From assembly GCA_021286705.1 (NCBI GenBank), contig JAJTBW010000002.1:1-59414 (forward strand): 59,414 bases of DNA, written 5' to 3'. The DNA is from Sphingobacteriia bacterium. Its GTDB lineage: Bacteria > Bacteroidota > Bacteroidia > Bacteroidales > TTA-H9. The translations under genes and the position numbers were made by a program. Below are positions 42,352 through 51,102 of this stretch, one piece after another (within the stretch, counting starts at the first letter, position 1; each line of letters begins with the position of its first letter). The notes beneath the pieces are model-generated. The model was not told where the DNA came from and made no database searches. It worked only from the letters and a program-made list of their open reading frames with translations.

Positions 42352-42951
42352 ATGGAAAACTACTTTGACCCTACTAGTCCTGTCTATACATATCTCATTG
42401 TTCCTCTATTAATATTCCTGGCAAGAGTCAGCGATCAAAGCATAGGAACCCTAAGAATAATCTTTGTTTCAAAGGGCTATCGTTATATTGGTCCTTTTCT
42501 AGGGTTCTTTGAAGTTATCATTTGGTTGATAGCGGTAAGATTCGCATTAGAATATATCGACACCAATATTCTATGTTATGTAGGATATGGGGCAGGCTTT
42601 GCGATGGGTAACTTTGTAGGGATGGTATTAGAAGAGAAGATATCATTGGGCACCGTTTTAGTAAGAATCATCCCAAAAAAGGACACCACTGAGCTGGTAA
42701 AATATCTACGAGAGAACAACTATGGTTTAACTATAATGGACGCAGAGGGGAGTATTGGTCCTGTGAAGATCATTCTAACCATAGTAAAGAGAAAAGATGC
42801 ACAGCACATTATTGAAATTATAAATAGATTTAACCCGAACGCCTTTTACACCGTTGAGGAGGTTAAAGCCGTTAACAGAGGTATTTTCAAGAGGCAGGAG
42901 GCTGATGGATTATTGACGAATATTATGCGGGGGGCACGAAAGGCCAATTGA
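42352..42951 (+). CDS. UPF0316/DUF2179-family membrane protein
   Basis: 199 aa. Three N-terminal TM segments (ARVSDQSIGTLRIIF pattern) plus a C-terminal soluble DUF2179-like domain. Confidence 0.65.
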   Translation: MENYFDPTSPVYTYLIVPLLIFLARVSDQSIGTLRIIFVSKGYRYIGPFLGFFEVIIWLIAVRFALEYIDTNILCYVGYGAGFAMGNFVGMVLEEKISLGTVLVRIIPKKDTTELVKYLRENNYGLTIMDAEGSIGPVKIILTIVKRKDAQHIIEIINRFNPNAFYTVEEVKAVNRGIFKRQEADGLLTNIMRGARKAN

Positions 42952-43403
42952 TTATGAAGACGATAAAGATTCCCTTTAGGTCATACATATTGATAGCCGT
43001 ACAATTGAGTGCGTTAGGGTATCTAATCATTCCGGAGTTACTGCATCAACCCGACAGCTGCTTCTTACTTGGGTTTGTACCCTCTTTTCTGCTGGTTTTT
43101 TGGGCTGTAGTAATGATGAAACGCAGCCATCTGAGTGTATTTCCTGATCTTCCGGGAAAAGCGCGTTTAATAACTGCAGGACCGTATCGTTACATAAGAC
43201 ATCCGATGTATAGTTCATTGGTAATCTTAACCCTGCCAATTGTAATCAGAGACCATACTTGGGATAAAATCCTTGCAGGGACAATGCTTTATATAGTCAT
43301 CTACATCAAGATCAAGATCGAAGAGAGCCAGCTTGGCCAACGATTTTCAGGTTATGCCAGACATAAAAAGCGGACTGGTGCGATATTTCCAAAATTCTTT
43401 TAG
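42948..43403 (+). CDS. isoprenylcysteine carboxyl methyltransferase (ICMT)-family membrane methyltransferase
   Basis: 151 aa and polytopic. GPYRYIRHPMYSS signature and a C-terminal EE..L pattern. Last core gene before the accessory block. Confidence 0.75.
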   Translation: MIMKTIKIPFRSYILIAVQLSALGYLIIPELLHQPDSCFLLGFVPSFLLVFWAVVMMKRSHLSVFPDLPGKARLITAGPYRYIRHPMYSSLVILTLPIVIRDHTWDKILAGTMLYIVIYIKIKIEESQLGQRFSGYARHKKRTGAIFPKFF

Positions 43404-43410
43404 TCCAGCT

Positions 43411-43540
43411 TATAACGGCCGCGGGTATGAGCAGGGGCGGACTTCGTAGCTGCGTCCGTATCCCACGTTACAGACCTAAGCTGCGAGACGAGCTGATGGA
43501 ACACCTGAACTACCCGCCATTACTTATACCCGTTGTTACC
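43411..43540 (-). repeat. attC-like imperfect palindrome D (last site, abuts core genome)
   Basis: Plus strand reads TATAAC...GTTACC. CGGGTAT (43422-43428) pairs with ATACCCG (43526-43532), and GGCGG (43436-43440) pairs with CCGCC (43514-43518). Lies 26 nt after the stop at 43567. Confidence 0.6.
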
Positions 43541-43566
43541 TGCTGTCCTTTATTCTTGTCAATCTT

Positions 43567-44559
43567 CTATTTATTGATTATTATATCTGTCAAGTTTAAA
43601 GCAATCTGTCCGTCACCCTCTTTTAATACATCATAATATTCCTCATCTTCAATTGGGTCATAATAATCCCCAAGGTCACCATAGTAACGAGGATTATAAA
43701 CACGTTCGTATTTGTCTTTAAAATCAGTTGTCAACGTATTGACTTTTTCGTCTTTGAATAAAACTTTTGCAAATATTTCATATTCTGTCGAATTGTCAAG
43801 AGATATGAATTTCCTGAATTGTTCAAACTCTATAAAAATATGTCGAAAGTTTTTGAACTTAAATACAGGATGCACTACTTCTATTTGACTTACGATAGTC
43901 TTGCCAAATTCAAAATTAAAGTTTTTACAAATTGCTTTTGAAACTGGAAGTGGTTGTCCTTTAAATTTCACTTTCAATTTTATTTCTCTTCCAGAATAAG
44001 CAGCTGGAACAAGAAAAAACAATTTGATAATGTTATTTGTGTTATCATATTCATCTTCAATTACTGCTGTAGCTTTTGGAGTCAATAATTCGTTAAATTT
44101 TCTTTGGAGTTTAGTAACTAAATCTTGCGAATTAGAAAATGTATCTATTGTATGTTTGTCTTTAAGAATAGCTTTGAAGTTATTTAGCTTTTGAATTTTG
44201 TCAAACTGAATTAAGTTTGGAGTTACAGCTGAACTTTCTTCGTCAATTAGATAGATTAGTATTTCTTTATTTTGTTCAACCGCTTTTTCATATTCTAATT
44301 GAGAATAGGATTTACCGCTATTCGGTTCTTCGCTACCATACCTCATTCCTATTATTCCAACATATATATCAGACTGTTCAACCTCAGAAATGCAAGTCGC
44401 TAAAGGATTAGATGTTCTTGCACCGAATTGTTCCATTCCTTTTACTGTAACATCAAATTTCTCAAGACTATCCCAAACCTTCTTCCTTTCCTCTTTTAAG
44501 TCAACAAACGTTGATGATATAAAAACAGTTTTTCTTGTTATTGTCTTTTTTGCAGTCAT
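43567..44559 (-). CDS. DUF4062-like N-terminal domain protein with uncharacterised beta-rich C-terminal domain
   Basis: 330 aa. N-terminus VFISSTFVDLKEER...DIYVGIIG.RYG...SYSQLEYEKA matches my recollection of the DUF4062 pattern (FISS.F.DL..ER, G.RYG, S.TE.EY..A). The C-terminal about 170 aa have no recognisable motif. Confidence 0.6.
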   Translation of the reverse strand: MTAKKTITRKTVFISSTFVDLKEERKKVWDSLEKFDVTVKGMEQFGARTSNPLATCISEVEQSDIYVGIIGMRYGSEEPNSGKSYSQLEYEKAVEQNKEILIYLIDEESSAVTPNLIQFDKIQKLNNFKAILKDKHTIDTFSNSQDLVTKLQRKFNELLTPKATAVIEDEYDNTNNIIKLFFLVPAAYSGREIKLKVKFKGQPLPVSKAICKNFNFEFGKTIVSQIEVVHPVFKFKNFRHIFIEFEQFRKFISLDNSTEYEIFAKVLFKDEKVNTLTTDFKDKYERVYNPRYYGDLGDYYDPIEDEEYYDVLKEGDGQIALNLTDIIINK

Positions 44560-44600
44560 TTTCTTTTTATTTTATGTCATTCTCGTATTTCAGGGTTGCA

Positions 44601-44730
44601 GGTAACGGATTGCAGCTACCCGAAGGTGGCGGTTTGGAACACTAAACTGTCTATATGCACCAATGTTTGTTTGAAACACAAATGTTCAAATGCACACTGT
44701 ACCGCCACTTTTGGGTAGGTGCTGTTAGCG
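44601..44730 (-). repeat. attC-like imperfect palindrome A
   Basis: Plus strand reads GGTAAC...GTTAGCG. CTACCCGAAGGTGGCGGT pairs with ACCGCCACTTTTGGGTAG (16/18). Lies 13 nt after the stop at 44744. Confidence 0.65.
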
Positions 44731-44743
44731 GCTGCTGTGCTTA

Positions 44744-45037
44744 TCATTCTTTATTCTTTCGTTTGTTTATCCAATTTGTTAGCCATTGAAGTTGTCCTGT
44801 GTAATAAAGATAAATACCTGAAACAAGTCCAATTAGAAACCACCATTTCATCATGTCAAGGTCTATGGGTTCAAAGTCGTCAGAAACGCCCCTACCATAA
44901 TATATTTCGTGCGGTTTGTTGAAGTCCTTGCCGTCAAAAACAATACCCCAAAATATTTGCCAACCTTGGTATAAAAACATTACCCCACCAATAAGGTAAA
45001 ACCCTATGTATGCTAAAACATTTATAAATCCTTTCAT
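44744..45037 (-). CDS. small membrane protein (two predicted TM segments)
   Basis: 97 aa. Hydrophobic stretches at residues 5-25 and 64-85, with a basic C-terminal tail. No family recognised. Confidence 0.5.
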   Translation of the reverse strand: MKGFINVLAYIGFYLIGGVMFLYQGWQIFWGIVFDGKDFNKPHEIYYGRGVSDDFEPIDLDMMKWWFLIGLVSGIYLYYTGQLQWLTNWINKRKNKE

Positions 45038-45104
45038 ATTCTTATGCTTTAATTTTCAAAGTATTCCAATCTCCGCTCCAAGCGTTCTTTTTATAGTAAC
45101 CTGT

Positions 45105-45236
45105 CTAAGCTCCATTCTTAATTAAGACATTGATTTTGTCTTTGTCCCAAGGGTCTGACTTGTATTTGTAGTCTTTTGCAAATATTAATGTTGCCGCGAA
45201 GACTAACAGTATCAAGAGAAGAATTGCTTTTTTCAT
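45105..45236 (-). CDS. possible 43-aa signal-peptide/membrane micropeptide (below the ORF-track cutoff)
   Basis: Hand translation gives MKKAILLLILLVFAATLIFAKDYKYKSDPWDKDKINVLIKNGA. Lies 67 nt upstream of the 97-aa ORF in the same cassette. Confidence 0.3.
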   Translation of the reverse strand: MKKAILLLILLVFAATLIFAKDYKYKSDPWDKDKINVLIKNGA

Positions 45237-45308
45237 TTTTTTACTTTTTTGTTTTTTATGCTTATAATAGTCGGTTTTCAGCGTCCCTGTTTACGGTCGG
45301 TTAAAGTT

Positions 45309-45444
45309 GCCGCTAACGGTGGCGATATGAAACGTAGCGATTTGCGTGACTGCAAACCTATCCTCTGTTACTGACCTTGCCAGCGGGTACTAAGCTTGCA
45401 AATTGCACTGAAACCACTATGTATTATGACCGCATGTTAGCGGC
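45309..45444 (-). repeat. attC-like imperfect palindrome B
   Basis: Perfect 9-bp terminal inverted repeat GCCGCTAAC / GTTAGCGGC. The inner arms pair only weakly. Lies 27 nt after the stop at 45472. Confidence 0.55.
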
Positions 45445-45471
45445 TCCGTTTTCTTTCTTTTAGTATTTCTA

Positions 45472-45969
45472 CTACCAAAATTTCCACCAAGGTTTTGTCT
45501 GTTCTGGTTCGTCATTTTCCGCTGTTAAAGACCAAAACTCCTCTTTAAAAGGCAAGTTTGTAAATTCCTTTGTCACTAGATGAACATAGGGATAAATCGA
45601 ATCTTCACTCCCATTCTGAAATCGTTTCATAACTTTTTGAATAGGCCAAATTTGTCCGTCATTTGGAAGTCTTAGAAATACATTAAGTTCGGCTTGTGGG
45701 TCATTGTCATCAGTTACCCATTCAGCACCTTTTACGTTTTTGATAATTGTCTCTCCAACATATGAACCAATTGAAAAAAGTTTTGGTCCAAATCCCTTAC
45801 CGTATAGTCGTCCACCTTTTTTAGGTTTTCCGTTTTTTATATTTACTTCAAAAAATCTGTCCACTTCAATAATACTTTCAATAGTGTAATCAAGTTTGAA
45901 GCCATCAGCCTCAAATGCTTTTACTATCCAGTCTGATTGTGATTTAATGTCTTCTTTTAAAGTTGCCAT
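45472..45969 (-). CDS. hypothetical cytoplasmic protein (single-gene cassette)
   Basis: 165 aa, no TM segment and no motif recognised. Trp-rich C-terminus (KPWWKFW). Confidence 0.55.
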   Translation of the reverse strand: MATLKEDIKSQSDWIVKAFEADGFKLDYTIESIIEVDRFFEVNIKNGKPKKGGRLYGKGFGPKLFSIGSYVGETIIKNVKGAEWVTDDNDPQAELNVFLRLPNDGQIWPIQKVMKRFQNGSEDSIYPYVHLVTKEFTNLPFKEEFWSLTAENDEPEQTKPWWKFW

Positions 45970-46020
45970 ATTTCAAATTCTTTTTGTTGCTTAACGTTTC
46001 AGTGGGCGTTTTAAACTGAC

Positions 46021-46098
46021 CGCTAACGTTTTGCGTGTAGGCGATGTTGCCTTGTGTTGCGCCTGCGGCAAGGCAATATTGCTTACACGCTGTTACCA
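46021..46098 (-). repeat. attC-like imperfect palindrome C (shortest, best hairpin)
   Basis: Plus strand reads CGCTAAC...GTTACCA. GCGTGTA (46033-46039) pairs with TACACGC (46084-46090), and GTTGCCTTG (46046-46054) pairs with CAAGGCAAT (46069-46077). Lies 23 nt after the stop at 46122. Confidence 0.7.
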
Positions 46099-46121
46099 CC
46101 AGTGCTATTATACATTTTCAA

Positions 46122-46835
46122 TTATTTCCAATCCACATGCCCCAAGGGTAATTCATTCAACTCCATTCGTGCCTCACGCCAATTGGGATAAAATTTATCC
46201 AATATAGCTATGAATTTTTCATTGTGTACCGGAACAATCAAGTGAGCCAGCTCATGAACAATGACATACTCTATAAGATCTTTGGGCTTTTTCACGAGCT
46301 CTGTATTCAATCTGATGTTTCTCGATTTGTGGTTGCAGCTTCCCCACTTGGTTTTCATCCGCTGTAGAAAATAAGCATTGGCTTTTATTCCAAGAATAGG
46401 TTCCCATTTTGCTACCGTTTCAAGAACATATTCATGAAGTTGCTTTTTTTGCCATTCATAAAATACTTCTTCCCGCTTGGACTTATTAGATCCCAGTTTA
46501 ACGAATAGGTTGATCTTTTTGTGATCAAGCGTCACTTGCTGCTTGCCATCTGTATGAACCACATTAAGTAGATACCTTCTTCCCCATACGTAATGCGATT
46601 CTCTCTTGACAAATTCGCGAGGCTTTTCTCTTGGTTGCTTGGCCAATTTCTCCTGCTGCAATCTTATCCAGGATAATTTTGATATGGCGTATGCTCTAGC
46701 CACTTCAAGGCGCGTGTTCAATGGAGCAGAAAGCGACACCCGACCATCCGGTGGATGAACCGACAGGTGGACATTTTTTATATCCTTCCTGGTCACCTCA
46801 ATTTTTAATTCTCCTAATTGAATAATATCCTTCAT
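46122..46835 (-). CDS. YgjP-like (DUF45/M48-type) zinc metallopeptidase
   Basis: 237 aa. HELAHL (HExxH) motif in [15 protein letters not shown]. Its start overlaps the hsdR stop by 4 nt. Confidence 0.85.
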   Translation of the reverse strand: MKDIIQLGELKIEVTRKDIKNVHLSVHPPDGRVSLSAPLNTRLEVARAYAISKLSWIRLQQEKLAKQPREKPREFVKRESHYVWGRRYLLNVVHTDGKQQVTLDHKKINLFVKLGSNKSKREEVFYEWQKKQLHEYVLETVAKWEPILGIKANAYFLQRMKTKWGSCNHKSRNIRLNTELVKKPKDLIEYVIVHELAHLIVPVHNEKFIAILDKFYPNWREARMELNELPLGHVDWK

Positions 46836-49800
46836 TCGTAACCTTTCATGTTTTTCAGCAATTCAAAAAGCGCAGAAGTTGCTGCACGATCTCTTTGCAT
46901 GATGGGAAAAAGTGCATTTAATACCTGCTTTTCTCTTGTGTCATCTCCGCGCCATCCGGCTGGAGCCATCTCGCGCATTATCCTGTCAATTTCGAGCGCT
47001 AAAAGAACCAATTTATCTCCATATTCAACTTGTGGTTCTGCTGCGATGAGTGGACGAGCAGCATGCGATAAAATATCCGATAGGTTATTATAGATGATTA
47101 TGGCTTCAGACTTTCCTTGCAGTTTGGATGGCACACTGGTGTTGTATTGACCTTTAGCCATCTTTTGAACTAACTCTTCTGCCTTCTTCAAAAAGGCTTC
47201 ATACTCGGCAGTATCTTCTCGCTTTTGTTTTATCAAATCTTCTAAAAGCAATGACATCTCCTTATAAAACCGGGGATCAGTTAATTGATCTCTAATAATG
47301 GTTTGCCTTACGTTATTGATAATTCCCTCTGCTATTGAATTCCTGGATAGCTTCCCTTTTTCATTTAGCTTCTTAGCAATGGCATCGTGTATGCCTGTTT
47401 GGATGATCATCTCAACGAGCGAGTACTTATCGACTTCACCTATTGGATCGGCTGGATCGGCTTGGATATAAGTATTTATCAAATGCCGCATATCCGCTTC
47501 AAATGGCTTGATATCTAATTCTTCTCCACTGTATTTTTTAATCGCTGAGCGTATCTCCGTGTAAAGCTCAACCTCCGTATTAATGGCAAGTGCATCGGCA
47601 TCTGAATAACCTGCTTCGGTTAAATAACTTGATATGGCTGAAAATGCCCTTACAAAAGTTACCACCGATTTGTAAAAAGAGATTCGAAGTGGTTCGGTTT
47701 CAGTAAGAGATTCCGGGTTATTAGCATCGCCACAGAAGTACGCAATAAACTGTTCAACTTCTTTAGGTTGGGCAACGGGCTCGCATAGATATTTTAATGC
47801 CTCTCTTGCAGTATCTAATCGCTTTTTACCTTCTACCAACCAATTTTTTAATTCAACATTATTTTCACGGGTAGTACCATCTTCAGTATCTAATTCATTA
47901 GAGGTATAAACAGCAATGGCTTGCTGCACATCTCCGAATAATTCCTTGAAATCTACGATATAACCGAAATCCTTATCGTCACCATCTAATCTGTTTGTTC
48001 GGCAGATGGCCTGGAATAAATTATGATCTCTTAATTCATTATCCAGATAAATGTAAGAACAAGAAGGTGCATCAAAACCTGTAAGCAACTTACTCACTAC
48101 AATGAGTAGTTTACAATTAGCCGGCTCATCTTTGAACCTTCTTTTTATTTCATCTTCGTATTGTGTTGTTGTTTGATTAGTACTGAGCACATGTTGCGTA
48201 TAAGTATCAAACTTATAGCGTTCATCACTGTTTGCAGGTTCTCTGGAAATGTTATTGTGATTGGGTTCGTAAGAGGTAACAATACCGCAGTACTGGCCAA
48301 ATGATGTGTTCTTAAACAAACGGTAATAATGACAGGCATCGTAAATAGATGCTGCAACCAAAATAGCCGTCCCACGATTATTGTTTAGGCGATTTCTCAA
48401 ACTAAAATCTTCAATAATACTTGCAATAATTCGCTGCTTTCGCTCTCCGGCACTCATCAGTGATTCCATATTCGCCCAAGCTTTGCGAACCACCGCTTTT
48501 TGGAAGTTGTTTAAGTATCTCGTCTTTGCTTCAAACCAATTGTCTATGGCAGCTTGCGAGGTTAATTGTTGAGGAACATTTCGAGCTTCATATTTTAAAT
48601 CCAGCACAACACCATCTTTTACTGCCTCATGGAATTTATAGGTATGGATGTTTTTTCCAAATACTTCTCTAGTCGTTTGTTTGTCTTTTCTGAGTAAAGG
48701 TGTACCTGTGAAGCCAATGAATATGGCATTTTGCATCCAACGTTTCATTTGCTTATTCATATTTCCACCTTGTGTTCGATGGCATTCATCAACAAACACA
48801 AAAAATCGTCCACTCACCGCTGGCAATTCGCCTTCTAGATCGGTTGTATCAAATTTGTGAACCAGCGCACACAATAAACGAGGTGAAGTGGCTGAGATAG
48901 CTTCAATAAACTTGGCTCTTGAGGTTATCCGAGGGGAGGGTGCTGTTTCCGCAATGACTCCGGCATTGCGCATAACACCTTCTATTTGTTTATCCAGCTC
49001 ATCTCTGTCAGTAATCACTAAAATTCGGGCATCAGGATCGTGCTCCATGATCCATTTGGCTAGCAATACCATTAAGATACTCTTTCCACTGCCTTGTGTG
49101 TGCCAAATAACACCGCCTTCTCTGATGCGAATTCGTTCTTGTGCTGCTTTGATACCGGCAAATTGATGTGGACGAGGCACTTTCTTTTGTCCGGCATCGA
49201 AGATGATGAAATTCCGGATCAGATCGAGGATGCGCTCTTTACGACACATTTGTGCCAATGGAATATCCAATAACTCACCGGCAGTATTTCCGATTGGGCT
49301 TTTGGTTTCATCTTTCCATTCTACAAAAAACTGTTCCGGTGTACCGGTGGTTCCATATCGCAAGCCTTGAGAATCACTTCCGGCAAATACCAATTGAACA
49401 GTGGAGAAAAAACGTTCATTAAAAATGGATTCCTGGTTCGTGATCAACTGTCGAACACCATCCGCAACTTCAACAGAGCTTCGTTTTAATTCAATTACAC
49501 CAATGGCTATTCCATTGATGTAGATAACCAAGTCCGGTCTCCTTTCATGGCCACCTTTAAGGGTAACTTCTTCTGCAATTCCGAAATCATTGTTTTCTTT
49601 GTTTTCCCAATCGATGATATTAACATCCTCGTAGGGTGCACTGGCGGATGTTTTTACTTTAATAGGATAACGCAGCAGGCTATACGTTCGCAGATTGGCT
49701 TGATATAAAGTTGTACCTGTTGTATCTGCTGCCGTTTCTAATTGCACCAAGGCAGCCGCTATTTGCGCATCTGAATAACCACGTTTCTTAAGATTGTACT

Positions 49801-49936
49801 TGAGCAAATCAGTTTCAATATTCCTATGGGACTTGCTACTCCAATCACCTAAGTTTTCGTAACCCAAACAATTGGGAACCGAATGATCTGCAAAAAGTTT
49901 TATTACCCTGTTTTGGGTTTTACGTTCTGGTCTCAT
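46832..49936 (-). CDS. hsdR: type I restriction endonuclease subunit R
   Basis: 1034 aa. Helicase motif I TQGSGKS, motif [10 protein letters not shown] (DEAH-type), later SF2 motifs and a C-terminal helical domain. Confidence 0.95.
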   Translation of the reverse strand: MRPERKTQNRVIKLFADHSVPNCLGYENLGDWSSKSHRNIETDLLKYNLKKRGYSDAQIAAALVQLETAADTTGTTLYQANLRTYSLLRYPIKVKTSASAPYEDVNIIDWENKENNDFGIAEEVTLKGGHERRPDLVIYINGIAIGVIELKRSSVEVADGVRQLITNQESIFNERFFSTVQLVFAGSDSQGLRYGTTGTPEQFFVEWKDETKSPIGNTAGELLDIPLAQMCRKERILDLIRNFIIFDAGQKKVPRPHQFAGIKAAQERIRIREGGVIWHTQGSGKSILMVLLAKWIMEHDPDARILVITDRDELDKQIEGVMRNAGVIAETAPSPRITSRAKFIEAISATSPRLLCALVHKFDTTDLEGELPAVSGRFFVFVDECHRTQGGNMNKQMKRWMQNAIFIGFTGTPLLRKDKQTTREVFGKNIHTYKFHEAVKDGVVLDLKYEARNVPQQLTSQAAIDNWFEAKTRYLNNFQKAVVRKAWANMESLMSAGERKQRIIASIIEDFSLRNRLNNNRGTAILVAASIYDACHYYRLFKNTSFGQYCGIVTSYEPNHNNISREPANSDERYKFDTYTQHVLSTNQTTTQYEDEIKRRFKDEPANCKLLIVVSKLLTGFDAPSCSYIYLDNELRDHNLFQAICRTNRLDGDDKDFGYIVDFKELFGDVQQAIAVYTSNELDTEDGTTRENNVELKNWLVEGKKRLDTAREALKYLCEPVAQPKEVEQFIAYFCGDANNPESLTETEPLRISFYKSVVTFVRAFSAISSYLTEAGYSDADALAINTEVELYTEIRSAIKKYSGEELDIKPFEADMRHLINTYIQADPADPIGEVDKYSLVEMIIQTGIHDAIAKKLNEKGKLSRNSIAEGIINNVRQTIIRDQLTDPRFYKEMSLLLEDLIKQKREDTAEYEAFLKKAEELVQKMAKGQYNTSVPSKLQGKSEAIIIYNNLSDILSHAARPLIAAEPQVEYGDKLVLLALEIDRIMREMAPAGWRGDDTREKQVLNALFPIMQRDRAATSALFELLKNMKGYE

Positions 49937-51102
49937 ACCAATCTAATTTTACCCGTTAACAATGTCTGCATCATGCCTTGCTTTTGGTGTTTGAGCTTTA
50001 GGAGTTTAAAGTCTATTGAAGATATTAGTTCATCCATTTCATTGAGAACTATTGAAATGGAATCTTGTACATCTTTATTGGGGCAGTGTATCTCAATATT
50101 TTTGAGTTCACTCTTATTCAACTTAGCTCTTGTCCCCCCATTAATATAGTCTAATATATTTTTATGAACTACAGAATAATAAATGAAATCTTGATTGAAT
50201 TGACTCTTGGCTTTCAAAATATGGGCATGATTATTTACCCAACATTTACCGGACATTCTATAAGCAATTGATCTTGTTTTAAATTCATCGAAATATCCAC
50301 CATCTTCTGCCATTAATATCATTTCAAAGTCTGTTAAATATTCATTTATATAATCAACAACTCCATTAGCGCCACAATAAGGTATATCTCCTTTCATTCT
50401 TTGTCTTTCAGCATCATTCAAGGGCTTTCTAAGATTATTAAGAATATCACAGCAATCATTAATGGTCATTTTCTCCCAACCCTCCTTCGGCCTGAGCAAT
50501 TCCTGCATTACCCCTTGTTTGATGGCCTTCTTTTTTTCGATGAGCTTTTCGGTTTGGGTTATCAAAGCATCTATATCCGATAAGGCAGTGGCAATGGCGG
50601 TTTGTTCTGGAAGAGGGGGTAAAGGAATCTTTATACTTTTGACCTTAGAGGGGCTTATCTCAAGAAATGTACTTCCGCTTGCATTTTGAAGTAGTACATT
50701 CTTTTTTGTCAACATTAAATAGTAAAGAAATTCATTGTTAATCTTTGAATTAGCAATTAAAGATTGGAATCCTTGATTTGTTGCAGCTTCACATTTTAAT
50801 ATTCCCAAGTCGCCAATCCCCGCTCTAGAAGTAAGTAATATTGTTCCAGGGCACAAAACTTTAGCAGATGAATTTCTTAATCCTAAATCAGTAATTTTTC
50901 TTCTGCTTGAAAATAAATATTTGTCATATCCAACCTCGGTTGGAGTAAACCAATTTATATCTCCATCCCAGAAATCATTTATTCTGGTGCTTGGTGTACC
51001 ACCACCAAGCACTAATGCAACATCAGATATTTCAACAACTACCCATTCATCTGGAATAATCATTATTTCTGTATTTTTATATTTCTCCGCTACTAACTCC
51101 AT
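49933..51102 (-). CDS. hsdS: type I restriction-modification specificity subunit S
   Basis: 389 aa. Two target-recognition domains separated by the conserved central helix [21 protein letters not shown], with a C-terminal [15 protein letters not shown]. Confidence 0.9.
   Translation of the reverse strand: MELVAEKYKNTEIMIIPDEWVVVEISDVALVLGGGTPSTRINDFWDGDINWFTPTEVGYDKYLFSSRRKITDLGLRNSSAKVLCPGTILLTSRAGIGDLGILKCEAATNQGFQSLIANSKINNEFLYYLMLTKKNVLLQNASGSTFLEISPSKVKSIKIPLPPLPEQTAIATALSDIDALITQTEKLIEKKKAIKQGVMQELLRPKEGWEKMTINDCCDILNNLRKPLNDAERQRMKGDIPYCGANGVVDYINEYLTDFEMILMAEDGGYFDEFKTRSIAYRMSGKCWVNNHAHILKAKSQFNQDFIYYSVVHKNILDYINGGTRAKLNKSELKNIEIHCPNKDVQDSISIVLNEMDELISSIDFKLLKLKHQKQGMMQTLLTGKIRLV

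Noticed and set aside
43427-43636. Short plus-strand ORFs laid over the attC-like palindromes (43427-43636, and likewise 44390-44605, 44719-44922 and 55355-55585)
   Set aside because: They run through GC-rich palindromic DNA and into the opposite strand of real genes. The palindromes explain the open frames better than coding does.
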